Of a stretch of DNA of 64,000 nt, positions 39,050 to 51,584 are shown piece by piece (positions within the stretch are counted from its first letter, which is position 1; the number at the start of each line of letters is the position of its first letter). Below the pieces are notes generated by a model. That model was given only the letters and a program-made list of their open reading frames with translations. It searched no databases and had not been told where the DNA came from. A program made the position numbers and the translations under genes. The stretch comes from Octopus vulgaris (taxonomy: Eukaryota): assembly GCA_951406725.2 (NCBI GenBank), contig OX597828.1, positions 58,590,001 to 58,654,000 on the forward strand, given 5' to 3'.

Positions 39050-39850
39050 TATTAAGCCTGGCTGAAAAAGGCAATTGAAAAGCTGCAAGTGGCGGCAAAT
39101 AGGTTGGAGTGTGAAGAACATCGAAAGAAGACGACGAGAGAAAGTTTGGTTTTTTCTTTCTCTTTTCGATGATGGAACAATGCGGATTGCTTTGCTTTGC
39201 TATTCGAAGAGTCGGTCTATTAAATTACTACTTTTATGGAAGAGATTAAATATTAAGAGAAGAGGGGAAACGTTGTGTGTCGTTTAGGAAATACGTTAAA
39301 GTGAAAGGAGTTTTCGATTTGGTTTTTTGAAAAGATTCTGAGACTCGACGAGTCTTCCTCGTTTAATTAAAATCGCTTCTAAAGCTCGATAATTAATCGT
39401 TGATAAAAACCAAGCAACAGAGATTGAATTTAGCGGTTTCCATATAACGCTGTGCCTATATATAACGTTATATTTGCCTGTATTTATTTGGAGGGAAATA
39501 AAGAGAATCGATGGAAAAGAGGAGAAAATATTTGCAAGTTCTCCTGGAAAACTTGTTTGGTTGATTCTGTCTCGTTGTTCTGTGAGGCAGCCTTGGACAA
39601 CGGACACGAACAGCGCGAAACGCAACGGCCATTCACCGAGATAATTACAGTTCTTACAAGAATTTCACGTGTACAAACGAAAATTTCGCTTCATTCGAAA
39701 TTAAAACGGCCAACAATGAGATAAATCAATAGAAATTACTTGCATAACTCACCACACAGATAAATCCTCCATTTGTTTGACTTGCTTGTGTTTGTCTACC
39801 GTATGGCAACGGTTTCTAAGAAGCTACGGGTCGTCAAACGAACAGCATTC
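39050..39850 (-). promoter_or_regulatory. CpG-enriched, repeat-poor putative promoter / first-exon region (possibly of the PWWP gene)
   Basis: Visibly more CpG than the flanks and no SINEs. Consensus minus-strand donor G|GTGAGT at 39752-39747. RFX-like half site ATGGCAAC near 39803. Confidence 0.4.
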
Positions 39851-41569
39851 TAATTGTTAACCGTTTGTACAATCATTGAGTTAGCTTCGATTAGAGTTTT
39901 TTTTTAATATTATCATTTGGAAATAAAATATAGATTAAATAAAATTTCTAAATGGCTTCATTGAAAATAAAACGTTGAATAATTAAATGTTTTTTACATA
40001 CAAGGGAGATTACTCTACATTTTATGTTCTCAACATGTCAACATCTGAGATGATTTATAAATAAATTAGTTTTTATGATGGCATTTAAACTGGTAATCTT
40101 CGTTATTTCTGATTACGCTCCCCTTGTTTGAACGTAAATTCAATACACGTAGAAACAAAACAATGCACTGTCCTGAAGCTTTCATCTGGTTTCCAGAAAT
40201 CAAGGAATTCTAATGCTATGCAGTGCAATATGCTATAAACAGACCCTGGTTTTAAGTTGATTCATTTGTATGCGGTGTGTTAAAAATAGTTTTGTTCCTT
40301 ACTTTTTTAAGTGGATTCATAAAGATTAAAACATGTTCCGCTTTAAAATTGTATTAATTTGTACCTGTGAAATAAAATCAAGTATTTTTTTTTCAATTCG
40401 TTTATTGTATATTTTTTAGAACTTAAAGTGGATTAATAAATATCAAGACAGATCCTGCTTTAGATGTGTATTTATTTGAATCTGTTAAATACAATTTAGC
40501 TCTTTACTTTTCACAGTTTATTTTATATTTTAAGTATATATTTAGACTGCCTCCAAAAAACCGGAAAATCCAGAAATCCGGGACACTTCCGGTCCCAAGC
40601 TTGCCGGATAATTGGTCCCGTACCGTATTATTCCCTAAGGGTCTTTTAATATTCAGAAAGAAATGAAAACATAAACAGAACCAGTTTTTTCGGATCCTAG
40701 GTTTACTTTCTCCTCCTTCTTTTACTATATGTTTATGCATAGTCGCTGTATTTTCATAATAATTATAAAAATACGTTTTTCACAAATTAAGTAGACTTTT
40801 AATTGATGTAATAAACTATTCACGTAATACGACAAAAAACAAATTGCATGCCTTTTTATTTATTTATATATTTCTGACTAACTTTTCTTTTCTCTCTCTT
40901 TTTCGTCGTTAATTCGGAAGTCGTGTAACCCTGTTTAACTTACAGGTGAAAGAAAACAGGGTCGCTTTAAAAACAAATCTCCAATATATTACTGCATCTA
41001 AATTTTTTCTTTACTTTCTATTCTTGTTAAATCGCTATTTCCAGGTCGCAAAGTATGAGTAAATAGAGCGGCTGATAACCCTGACACACACGCACCAAAA
41101 ATATATTGGGGGAAAATCCAGTAATTTACGTTAAACTGAACACGTGTAAAGTAATTGTTGCTTGCTTATAAATTTCTTTCTCGCTAAACTAATGTTGTCA
41201 AATCAAGTTAGAAATACAATCTACTTTTTGTGTGTATGTGGAACAATAACATTACAGAAAACATCAATTTCTATCTTAGATCAAGGAAGATCTTATATGG
41301 TTATTAAAAAAAAACTGGTGTGTTTATATTAGAGGAATAAAATAAAAGTATGTGTCCAGTGAATTTCAAGTTAATATTATTATAGTTACTGTTACAATAT
41401 AGTTCTTTTTTTGGTAAATAACAAACTCGTTTGCGTTTTACTTTATTCTTGTACGCTAGGATGATTATTAGGAACAAAAGCAAAACTTTAATTTCTTATG
41501 AAAAGTCAATTTAATACTTTTAAACGATCTCACATCTTATAATATAAAAATAATGATGAAATTATTGTA

Positions 41570-41968
41570 TACAGTGCTCAGGTGCACCACAACTTGTCAG
41601 ACAGTGCATATAAAGCATATGCATTAATGTACAAATGTCTGGGAAGTGAACGGTGTATGAGTCAGATACATGCTTGTGTGTGTATGGAGGGGAGAAAATC
41701 AGGTGTAGTGTTGGCGAATCTCAGAAAGCATGGAAGTTTTGAAGGATGCAGTACTCCGACAACTAACAATTGATGCCGGCAGTTTGTTCCATGCTTCAGC
41801 AACTCTCAGCGTGAAAAAATGTTTCCTAAAGTCATGGGAGCTGTGCTGTTTTCTGACTTTGTAAATATGTCCACGGGTTTTAGATGGGTGGAGTTTGAAA
41901 AGGTGCTCAGAGTTATTGTTTGTGAGATGGTTGATAATTTTATGGGTGTCTGCCAAGTCAGCTGCCAC
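41570..41968 (-). mobile_element. CR1/L2-type LINE 3' fragment
   Basis: TRGHIYKV...RKHFFTLRVAEAWNKLPASIV...SFK is a typical CR1-group ORF2 C-terminus. Confidence 0.8.
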
Positions 41969-42599
41969 AAGTTAAACTACACAAGTATTAAATGCCAAGG
42001 ATGATATAAAGATGAAAGGAGCAAAAACCTTTCCTAATGGCAGGTCTTCTGCCAAATTCTAAGGCACAATGGATGAGTTGAAAAGGGGATATGGGTACAT
42101 CAGCAAATTCTTTAAACGAATAAGTTGAAGAGCTAAATTGATTCAGTAGTATTTTTTCTTAATCTTGGGATTACTGTTGCTGAGCTACACTTCACTTTAC
42201 CTTTTTTTTGCTTGCTTTTTTTTCTATTTTACTCCATTGGAACTCAGCATTGATCTTCTGCGGACTATTCCCCTACCCCTTTTCCCCAGACCCTGCTCCT
42301 CGCTCCCACAGGTCACCAGTCTCATAGGTAATTTAATTCTATATCAATATTATCGTTGTCATGCAGGGGAAATTTCAAACCCGGGTTCTCATTCCTAAGG
42401 TATTTTTCAATGTTAAAATTATTATTATTATTTTTATTATTATTATTGTTCAGGTCACTGCCTGGAATCAAACTCGGAATCTTGGGGTTAGTAGCCCGCG
42501 CTCTTAACCACTACACCATATACCCATGAATAATGTACATAATTCCTCATCTCTTAAATATAGAACAGCTTTGATGGTTCTGTTTATATGTATTGGAAA

Positions 42600-43015
42600 G
42601 TCCCCAAAAAACGTTTCACTTTCTTCCTCAATTACAGCCTCAGACTAATACTTATACTACTTGTCAACAGTTTTCATTTTATAGCAGACGTATTCACCAG
42701 TGTAGATATTGTCTAACTCTGTCATGTCTTGCTTTATACTCTCTGAGTGCTAAAACTTTACATCCACAGATTAAGTGGTCCACTCTTTCAGTTTCATCAT
42801 TGCATAATTGGTACTTTGGATCTACTCCATTTTATATCACATTGGCTTGATAGTTCTGGGCCAATAAGCTTTGATATTGAACAGATAGGATGAAGCCTTC
42901 ACTCTCTGCCTTTAGCCCTGAGCTTTGTAGTCACTGATGGGTGTGCTTCTGGTCTACATTAGCTTCTTTGCTATGGACCACATATTTTCCATGTAGAGGG
43001 TTCTGCTCCCATCTA
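42600..43015 (-). mobile_element. R4/Dong-clade non-LTR retrotransposon C-terminal relic
   Basis: RWEQNPLHGKY...LKAESEGFILSVQYQSLLAQNY...QLCNDETERVDHLICGCKVLALREYKARHDRVRQYLHW (CCHC zinc knuckle and RHD motif of RLE-type elements). Confidence 0.8.
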
Positions 43016-43356
43016 CCTACCTTTTCTTTGCTATTAATCTTATTTTCTTTGCAACAACAGTTGCCACACTTCCCTCAGGCTGTCATTCATGAAGCCAATA
43101 GCAAATTTTTTACTCTTTTTCGCAGTAGAATGAAGCCTTTTATGCTTCTCGTGATTTCCAATATTTATTTACTCCAAACTGCATCCCAGTATCCTTGTTG
43201 AATGCTCTTACTGCTTGGATCAAAGAATCCAAGAAATAATAACTACAGGACAAAGGGAAATAACGACAACGACAACAACCATGGCAACTACAGAGGAATC
43301 AACAACAATGGAAGCAATAATATTGATGGGGAAAAGGAATAATGATTATGAGTTCA

Positions 43357-43823
43357 GTTCTATATTTAAGAGATGAGGAATTATGTACATTATTTACATT
43401 TGACGGATATTTGTCCTCATTTTGTTTGTTGTTAACGCAATGTTTTGGCTGATATATCTTCCAGCCTTCATCAGGTGGTTTGGGGAAATTTCAAACCTGA
43501 ATAAGGGTTGTTTAATGCAAGGTGGCGAGCTGGCAGAAACGTTAGCACGCCGGGCGAAATGCGTCGCCGTATTTCGTCTGCCGCTACGTTCTGAGTTCAA
43601 ATTCCGCCATGGTCGACTTTGCTTTTCATCCGATCTAATCGACTTAATCCGTTTGTCTGTCCTTGTTTGTCCTCTCTGTGTTTAGCCCCTTGTGGGTAGT
43701 AAATAAATAGTTATTATTATTATTATTATTATTATTATTGTTGTTGTTCAGGTCACTGCCTGAAATCAAACTCGGAATCTTGGGGTTCGTAGCCTGTTCT
43801 CTTAACGACTACACCATATGTCC
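43357..43823 (-). mobile_element. tRNA-head/(AAT)n/hammerhead element (copy B, interrupted by a SINE)
   Basis: tRNA-like 43823-43750 with anticodon ACG; CTGATGA-A-GGCTG...CAGCC-AAAAC at 43474-43442. Confidence 0.65.
43519..43710 (+). mobile_element. Second tRNA-derived SINE family
   Basis: GGTGGCGAGCTGGCAGAAACGTTAGC...GAGTTCAAATTCCGCC...GTCGACTTTGCTTTTCATCC. Partial copies stacked at 8710-9290(-), 11635-11780(-) and 19968-20400(+). Confidence 0.75.
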
Positions 43824-44108
43824 GTAGAGGTTAAGAGTGCAGGTACTAACCCCAAGATTCCAAGTTTGATTCCAGGAAGTGACCTGAATAATGATAATAA
43901 TAATAATAATAATGATAGTGATAATAATAATAATAATAATGAATAATAATAATGATAATGATAATAATAATAATGAATAATGATAATAATGATAATGATA
44001 ATAATAATGAATAATGATAATAATAATAATAATAATGATAATAATAATAATAATAATAATGAATAATAATAATGATAATAATAATAATGAATAATGATAA
44101 TAATGATA

Positions 44109-44142
<34 letters not shown>

Positions 44143-44284
44143 CATCGAAAAATACCTTAGGAATGAGAAACCAAGTTCGAAATTTCCCCAAGACACCTGA
44201 TGAATGCTGGAGGGTATATCAGATGAAACGTGTTAACAACAAACAAGATGAGGACAAATATCTCTCAAATGTAAATAATGTAAA
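43824..44284 (+). mobile_element. tRNA-head/(AAT)n/hammerhead element (copy C)
   Basis: tRNA-like 43824-43884, (AAT)n 43887-44142, CTGATGA...GAAAC at 44197-44229; head-to-head with copy B. Confidence 0.65.
43887..44142 (+). repeat. (AAT/GAT)n microsatellite
   Basis: Read directly. Other long microsatellites: (TA)n 50173-50216, 50908-50982 and 55568-55621; (TG)n 61865-61925; (GATA)n 38046-38140. Confidence 0.95.
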
Positions 44285-44319
44285 TGATTATGATGTAAAT
44301 AATAATGGTGCAGCTCATA

Positions 44320-44700
44320 AGAAATGTAATTGTTGAGATCAAGCTAATTGTCCACTTGGAAGTGCCTGTTTCACAAATAATATAGTTTACAGATGTACCA
44401 TAATAATCAATACTAACACCTTCACCCACATAGGTAGCATATCATGTGACTTCAAAGCTAGATTATATAATCATTTATCCTCTTTTAAACACTGACACAA
44501 GGCCACTAGCACCTCATTATCTTCAAAAATTTGGCAATAACATTCAATTTGGAATTACATGAGGTATTATTCAAAGGGCACCACCATATTCCAATAACAG
44601 ATATGGCTGCAAATTATGCTGTACTGAGCTCTATGAAATATTAAAGCATAAGAAAGGTCAATTTCTATATTAACACCCTCACGATTTTCACTAAGAAAAA
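44320..44700 (+). mobile_element. Penelope-like element GIY-YIG endonuclease relic
   Basis: KCNC*DQANCPLGSACFTNNIVYRCTI...HIGSISCDFKARLYNHLSSFKH*...TSLSSKIWQ...CKLCCTELYEI matches the PLE endonuclease pattern CNCR...CPL...VVY...YIG...FK.R...H..SF. Confidence 0.8.
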
Positions 44701-45222
44701 AAAACTTAGATTTTTTGTGTGGAATCAAGTACCCTGACCTCCTAATATGCTGCAAATCCTTTGTTTTGGTTTGGAATCATTGGAAATTTTTTTTTTTTTT
44801 TCTGTTGAATGAATTCCTGTGACCTTCTAATATGCTACAAAGCCTTTTTTGGGGGGTCCGAAAAACAGGATGGGGTGATGTGGAAGCCTTGGAAATTTCA
44901 CCCTACCCCCACCCCCATTGATCTTTTCACAAGCATGATTTTCACTAAGGACCATAATTTTGTTGTTAACCAACCCTGATACAGCAAACTTATCATCAAT
45001 GGAGGCCCAACCTTCCAAATTTTTTCTGCAGGGCTTAGAAAAAACTGAAGGACAACTGCAATAAATGTGAATCTGAGAGAGGAATATGTTGAATAAAATC
45101 ATAATTAAGCGATTCTCCTGTATTTTCTTTTACCCAAAGCCAGGAACTTTTCAGCACCCCATTGTACATTCTATTTAAATGAAACACAATCTATAAGTTA
45201 GCTGTAGTGTCTAGACAAATTG

Positions 45223-46385
45223 GTCGATATAAAAATCTTCTCCTGTGAACAAAAAAAGAAAATAAATAAACCAGCCTGCTGGATATTAACAAGTATGTAG
45301 AAAACAAATATGAAAAACAAAGTTTGCGCTAATGACCCGGTGAGCAGCGAGGACTTTTGGAAAATTCACAAGATCCGATTTTTCCGTCATAACTTTCGGT
45401 AAAATGGATATACATTGATTTCTTTTTTTAATGGAATCCCACGTTTTTGGTTATGGAGGAGCCGATTCTGGAAAAAAAAATTTCAAAAATCGCATTTTCA
45501 AAACTTCACAAAACTGCGATGAAAGAAGTATATAATCAATCTACTCACCTTTCTGCAAAGATTTCTTTCAGAGAAATTTCCCACAGTAATATGACAAAAT
45601 AATTCATTTTGTTGTTTTTAACCCTTTTGTGACTATATTTATTTCGAGATGCTCTGTGTTTCTTTCAATTACTTTAAATATAACAAAGAATTTAGTAAAA
45701 TAACTTAGTTATCATTCAGCTAGTGTTAGGAACATAAATTGTGATTCAGGTTTGGTGGGAGATTTTAATTCAAAACTTTTGAAAACAAGGCATTTGTACT
45801 CAGAGCCAGGGCCGGTTTCAGCCGGGTTGGTAATGAAAGGGTTAAACTTTTTAAAAACTTTTTCTGAATTTTTTTTTTTTGTTAATCAATCTATATACGG
45901 AGATTAAGAATATGGAAAAAAATAAACACAAATTCAAATTTTAATTTCAAATTTTTAATGAAAAATCCAACCCAAAACCCACCCCTCCCCACCAACCATC
46001 CCACTGTCCAAAAGTGAAAACGAACAGTTGTTATGTCTATTTCACATGAATTAATTTTGAAAATGCAATTTTTGAAATTTTGTTTTTCAAAATCAGATCC
46101 TCCATGACCAAAAACATGGTGTTCCGTCACCAAAATCTCTATATGGCGGTGCTCCAGCATGGCCACAGCCTGTGAGCTAAAACTAGATGAAATGAAATGA
46201 TATATCCATTTTACCGAAAGTTATGAAGGGAAAATTGGATCTTGTGAATTTTCCGAAAGTCCTCTCCCCCCACCAAGGTCGTTAGCGCAAATATTTTTTT
46301 CATATTTGTTTTCTACATACTTGTTAGCACCCAGCAGGCTGGTTTTTTTTTTCTTTGTTCACGGGTGAAGATCTTTATATTGGCT
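45223..46385. mobile_element. Foldback-type element with ~290-bp imperfect TIRs
   Basis: 45223-45510 is the reverse complement of ~46060-46385; a piggyBac MITE is nested in the middle. Confidence 0.7.
45622..45841. mobile_element. piggyBac-type MITE, second family
   Basis: TTAA|CCCTTT...AAAGGG|TTAA; related copies at 20049-20271 (inserted in a SINE) and ~36233-36392. Confidence 0.8.
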
Positions 46386-47572
46386 ATCAAATTTACATGC
46401 CATGCCTTCATTGGTAATGAATTATTAATTAATACTTTTATGTAAAAAAAAAATCAATTCTTAGAAGCATAAAATAAACCCAAGCAGAAAAATGGCAACT
46501 GTACAATAAATGTGGTAAAAATTGCAATTTCATCATCTAGTCTCCAGATTATTAACAAGTATGTAATTGTAATAATTAATGAACTGGCTTCCATGTGGTT
46601 GTGTGTGTGTGTACACGCATGTGCATGTGTATATATATATTTATGTACATATATATATATATGTATATGTATATGTACATATATATTAGAAAGAAAGAAA
46701 AACAAGCAAAACCTGTTGTATCACTTTAAAGCATTTAATTCATAATCTAAAGATTTGTACAGAGTAGTTATAGTAAATACATAGTCTCCTACAGCTGTTT
46801 CTAGAACAATTCTGCATATGGAGCATATATTATTGAGTAGAGATTTCAACGTAAATTAATTATTCCATCATTGGGGAAAGAGAGAGAGAAATAAAGAATA
46901 TCCTTAATCAAAGATATTTGTAGTTACCAGTTCATTGAAGAACTAAGAAGTGCCCAAAGTAAAAAGGTAATAGTGGTTGGTAGCTTCATGATCAAAGAAT
47001 TAAGGAAATCCTTAGTAAAAGATAATATCAATATTGTCAAAGACAATATCACCATTGTTGAAGTATCAAGGAAAATCTATGGTGGAAGCTGACAGAAATT
47101 ACTTATTCCATCTTTGGAGAGAAAGTGAGGTAGATATGAGTGGAAGGCCTTCGAAGAGTACCGAACAGGGTGAAGGAAAGATAGAGTAGTAAATACATGA
47201 GAGTAGATAGAGACTAGTTGGTATTGTGAGAGTATACATAACATAGGAGTTAAGGCGATGTATACACACGTGTGTGTGTGTATATATATATGCACATATA
47301 TATATAAATTCCCTACTGGGAAGGATCAACTTTAAGCGAATCTTACATTGCTTATAAACTTTACATTTGGATGGACTCATATTAAACTCTGTTGGACTTT
47401 TGGATTTTACTCAAAGGATATTAGAATAATACACGTATATAGCGTTATGCCTATAAAACGGATTTATGAACTCAATACCCATACATATCTTATATCTATT
47501 TTCTTTCCTCCACCTCACTCTCTATTTGTATCACATCGAAACTAACTATGACTTAATTTTTCCTCTCACACC

Positions 47573-47627
47573 GTCTCCAATGAAGGGATATTATTATTAA
47601 TTAATATTCTAGAAACAGCTGTAAGAC
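47573..47627 (+). ncRNA. Degenerate type I hammerhead motif
   Basis: GTCT-CCAATGA-A-GGGATATT...AATATTCT-A-GAAAC-AGCT-GTA-AGAC; core mutated, palindromic helix III; inverted partial copy near 46783-46806. Confidence 0.45.
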
Positions 47628-47694
47628 CTTCTATCTATAAATGCTCTAATATCTATACAGACTTGGTTTTTTTTATCTCATTACACAAAAATTC

Positions 47695-47757
<63 letters not shown>

Positions 47758-49905
47758 CATATATATATATGTACATTCACTATGATGGATCGCTAGCCAC
47801 TACACACATTTTTTCTCTCCTTGTTTCATTCTGTGTTCCTTTCTGTGGAAGAGCGTAGGCTTGAAATGTTTAAGACTTTTTCAATTCCCGAGCTTTATAC
47901 TAATATATCTGTTTGTTTTCTACACCATCTGTCTTTGTCCTTTGGGTTTTTTTTTGTGAATTCTCCCCCTATATATATATGTACACATGTATACATGTAG
48001 ACTCATGTGCCTCAATGCTAACTTTTATCAGTTGCATTTCAAGCTGGAGTAATAAACCAAGCTGGGCACTTAGAGTACATTACTCTATTACTTAGAGTAC
48101 ATACCTATTACATTACATCATTAAACAAAAACCTTTTTATATCTACTCTACACAAACACACACACCCATACACATTTGTAGTAGAGTAAGAATTAGAAAG
48201 TCCATGGTACAGCATCATATATTTGAATCACCAATTGTAAACTTATAAACTTGAAGTAGAAAAATTACCAGAAAAGCCACTTCTATTCATGTTTTTCCAA
48301 TATAAATACGAATATATGTATATACATATGCATGTATACATATAATCATCATCACCATCACCATTGAACATCCGTCTTCCATGCTGGCATGTGACATGGG
48401 TTGGAGAATTTAACAGGATCTGCCTAGCTGCAGAGCTATGTCGAGCCGAATTATCAGCTTTGGCTTGATTTTTACGGCTGGACAGTATCTTAATGCCAGC
48501 CACTTTACAGTGTTCACCGACTGCTCTTTGTGTACCACTGGCACTATTGAGGTCACAGTGCAACTTGCAAGACAGGAAAAGGACAAGAAAAAAATAAAGC
48601 TCCATTAATTATTTGATTGAGAGACAGAGAGTTAACTTTAAGTCAGCTGTTAGGGGTAGGTGGGGGGGGTCTAAACTATGAGAGGAAGGCAAGATCATGC
48701 ATCATGCTATAGGGACATATAGGGTTTCCCCACATTATATAAGGGTGGGAGTAGGTGGAAAGAAGTTCAAAATAGCAGTAAAATGGTGTGAAGATGAATG
48801 GAGAGTAACAGACTGTGTGTGTGCATGATCATCCTTTTTTCCATGCTGGCCTGGGTTGGATGGTTAGACCACAGCTGGTAAGGCTGGGGACTGCACCAGG
48901 TTCCATTGTCTGGATGCCCTTCCTAATGCTAACCATTCTACAGAGTGTACTGGGTGCATTTTATGTGGCATCAGCACCGGTGCTCATGTATATGTGTGTG
49001 TGTATATATACACACACATACACAAACAGATATAAATATTCATACACACTCATCTATTATATAAAATCCGTTCTGTCTGTCTGTCTGTGTGTCTTCTTGG
49101 ATCTCGGACATCCTCCATCCGATTGCGCTCAAATTTGATATGTAGATACCGACGGTATCAGGGCGTGTATAAGTCTTGAAAAAATTACAAAAATCGATTT
49201 CAGGTGAGAATGCGATCGATAAAGCCGTGGGAACGTGCATTTGTACACACAAGTACATCAGCTGTTGCAATCGATACTACAAGTACACGAGAAAAATGCA
49301 CATGCAGTTTGCACAAAATAAGCTGGCATGTTTGGTGTCTCAAATTTAGGTTAAATCAGTGTTTCTCCAAGGGGAGGCCTATGGGACGGTTGGACAAGTT
49401 GTTTTGAGAAAATTTGGTTTAAATATTTGACAACTCAGCACCATCCATTGGACAGGGGGTGGCGTTTTGCTCGTACATATATACACATCTATGTATGCGT
49501 ATATAGGTATATAGATTGGAAAGCCTTTCATCACAGATCCTCCCTCCCCCAAAATTGCTGACCTTGTGCCAAGATTTGAAACTATTTTTTTATTTCCACA
49601 TGGCTGGAAACAAACACCACTTGTTACATGACTGAGGCTTATTTATAACTAAAGTGTGTTATCATGACATGGTGATAACGATATACACAATCACACTCAC
49701 ATACACTCTCTCACCCCTTCTCACACACACATACACTCCCCCCACTTACACACACACTTAAACACACACTCACACACATACACACACACATATATGACAG
49801 GCTTTTTTTTCATTTTCTATCTACCAGATCCATTCACTGGGTTTTGCTTAGCCTGGGGCTGTAGTTGAAGAGGTTGGAGTCATCTCAGTGAGTGAGACTG
49901 ACTAC

Positions 49906-49951
49906 CCTGGACTGACGACAAGCAATAGACTCAGAAACATAAGTCTTCAGG
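49906..49951 (+). ncRNA. Type I hammerhead ribozyme motif with GUC cleavage triplet
   Basis: CCTGGA-CTGACGA-CAAG(CAATAGA)CTCA-GAAAC-ATAA-GTC-TTCAGG; stem II is consistent with a CpG-decayed CGAG/CTCG. Confidence 0.6.
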
Positions 49952-50166
49952 TGCTTAGTCCCAGCTGGCGGGGGTGATTGCCTCCCCTTTGCAAATATAA
50001 GGACACAGAAAATGTGTCAACGCCGACAGGGGACGTCGATGTTTCCTAGGGCTAAATGGCGGAGGTGTAATTCCCTCACGGGACTGTCACGTTGAGTTGA
50101 CAGTATACGACCACTATATCACTCCACCACCGCTTATGTCTCTCTGAGACATTTAGAAATTCAATA

Positions 50167-50220
<54 letters not shown>

Positions 50221-50903
50221 ACTGACATTTCTCACTCATGCCACTACCTCTGTCATGTCACTTGACAACAACAGGAGGTAGGAGGAGATCACCTCTGTCA
50301 CTCAAACTACTCAGTGTGGAAGGCAGACGTTGAATGATGATGATGATGATACATACACACACACATACATGCATAGCTATTGGGAAGTGTGATGTGAAAA
50401 AATCCCATTAAGGAACAGTAAGCATCAGGCATATACACAGCTTGTAGAGATAACAAAACACAGATAACGTTATTGTCAGTTATTAAAGAAGGTTTAATAA
50501 CTGGTGTATGTTATATACTCTGTCCGATATTGAAATAGATAGGAATTTCCAGCAAGTTGACAGTCAGCATACAACTCATGGTTTAGCTATAAAAATGCGA
50601 AATACGCAAATAACGAACGTAAGAAATGGGAAAGGTGGCAAATCGCCGGAAAGGTGAATAAAGATGACATGTTTCATACACACACACACACATATGCACA
50701 CACATACATGCAGTGGACTGTTGGCGATTTTTTTTCCTTTGTCTTCCCTACCTTGGATCTTTCCTTTCCCTATGTTTCAGACAAAGAGCTCTGCTCGAAA
50801 CATTATATCCTCCTTTCATTCCTTTCCTGAGCATTCAATAACACTATTCTTGTTCCACGTCCTCACGTTGTTGTGTTTTCTCTTTGTGTTTTCATGTTTG
50901 GAT

Positions 50904-50984
<81 letters not shown>

Positions 50985-51031
50985 GATCAGACAGACTCTA
51001 AAGAGACTGGTGTTAGTCTGCATTAGAAAGA

Positions 51032-51415
51032 TCTCTCTCTATATAAACGGCAGTTTGTCTGTGCGTGTTTCTGTGTGTCTGTTTTCTCGTACCCTCACTC
51101 TGACCACGGCTTTCAACCGATTCTGATGAAACTTGACACACACATAGCCCAATGTCATAATTCAAAACTAACGCAGAAAAGAAAATTTTGAAAAGTTCCC
51201 CCAGTTCTGAAAAAAATCGATAAATTCGACATGGGGTCGAGAATTAGAAACCCAAACCACAGACCGTCTAGGGGACGCAACTCTACCTTTAACTCTCAAA
51301 AAAATTTACCATCATTTTTTTTCCATTTTTTTGCTATTTTTTGGCTATAACTCTCTAAAAATGCTTTATAGTTATTTCCCTTACAAACCTGAGCAACGCC
51401 GGGCGATACTGCTAG
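51032..51415 (+). mobile_element. Short non-autonomous Helitron
   Basis: A|TC start; the 3' ~120 bp is shared with the 28322 element and ends GAGCAACGCCGGGCGATACTGCTAG|T. Confidence 0.8.
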
Positions 51416-51544
51416 TATGTAATAATCGTAATAGTGTTTACATACGAACATGCACACGCATTCACGTATGTATACATGTATGTATATAGCCAGTTTTTCA
51501 AGCTGAGAGGATATAAACTCTGTTTGACTTTTCTCTCTTTTTCT

Positions 51545-51584
51545 CTGTCCCCTGACGAAGGATTGAATCCGAAACGTTGGATAT
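51545..51584 (+). ncRNA. Minimal hammerhead-like motif
   Basis: TGTCCC-CTGACGA-A-GGAT(TGA)ATCC-GAAAC-GTT-GGATA; palindromic ACGT helix III as in minimal PLE hammerheads. Confidence 0.5.

Noticed and set aside
40900-42130. Possible divergent plus-strand gene start (CGGAAGT, tacag|GT sites)
   Set aside because: No coherent exon chain or recognisable protein could be built downstream.
42453-42525. Functional tRNA gene
   Set aside because: The acceptor stem is poor and the anticodon varies between copies (ACT/ACG); it is the head of a repeated element. Other SINE heads were rejected likewise.
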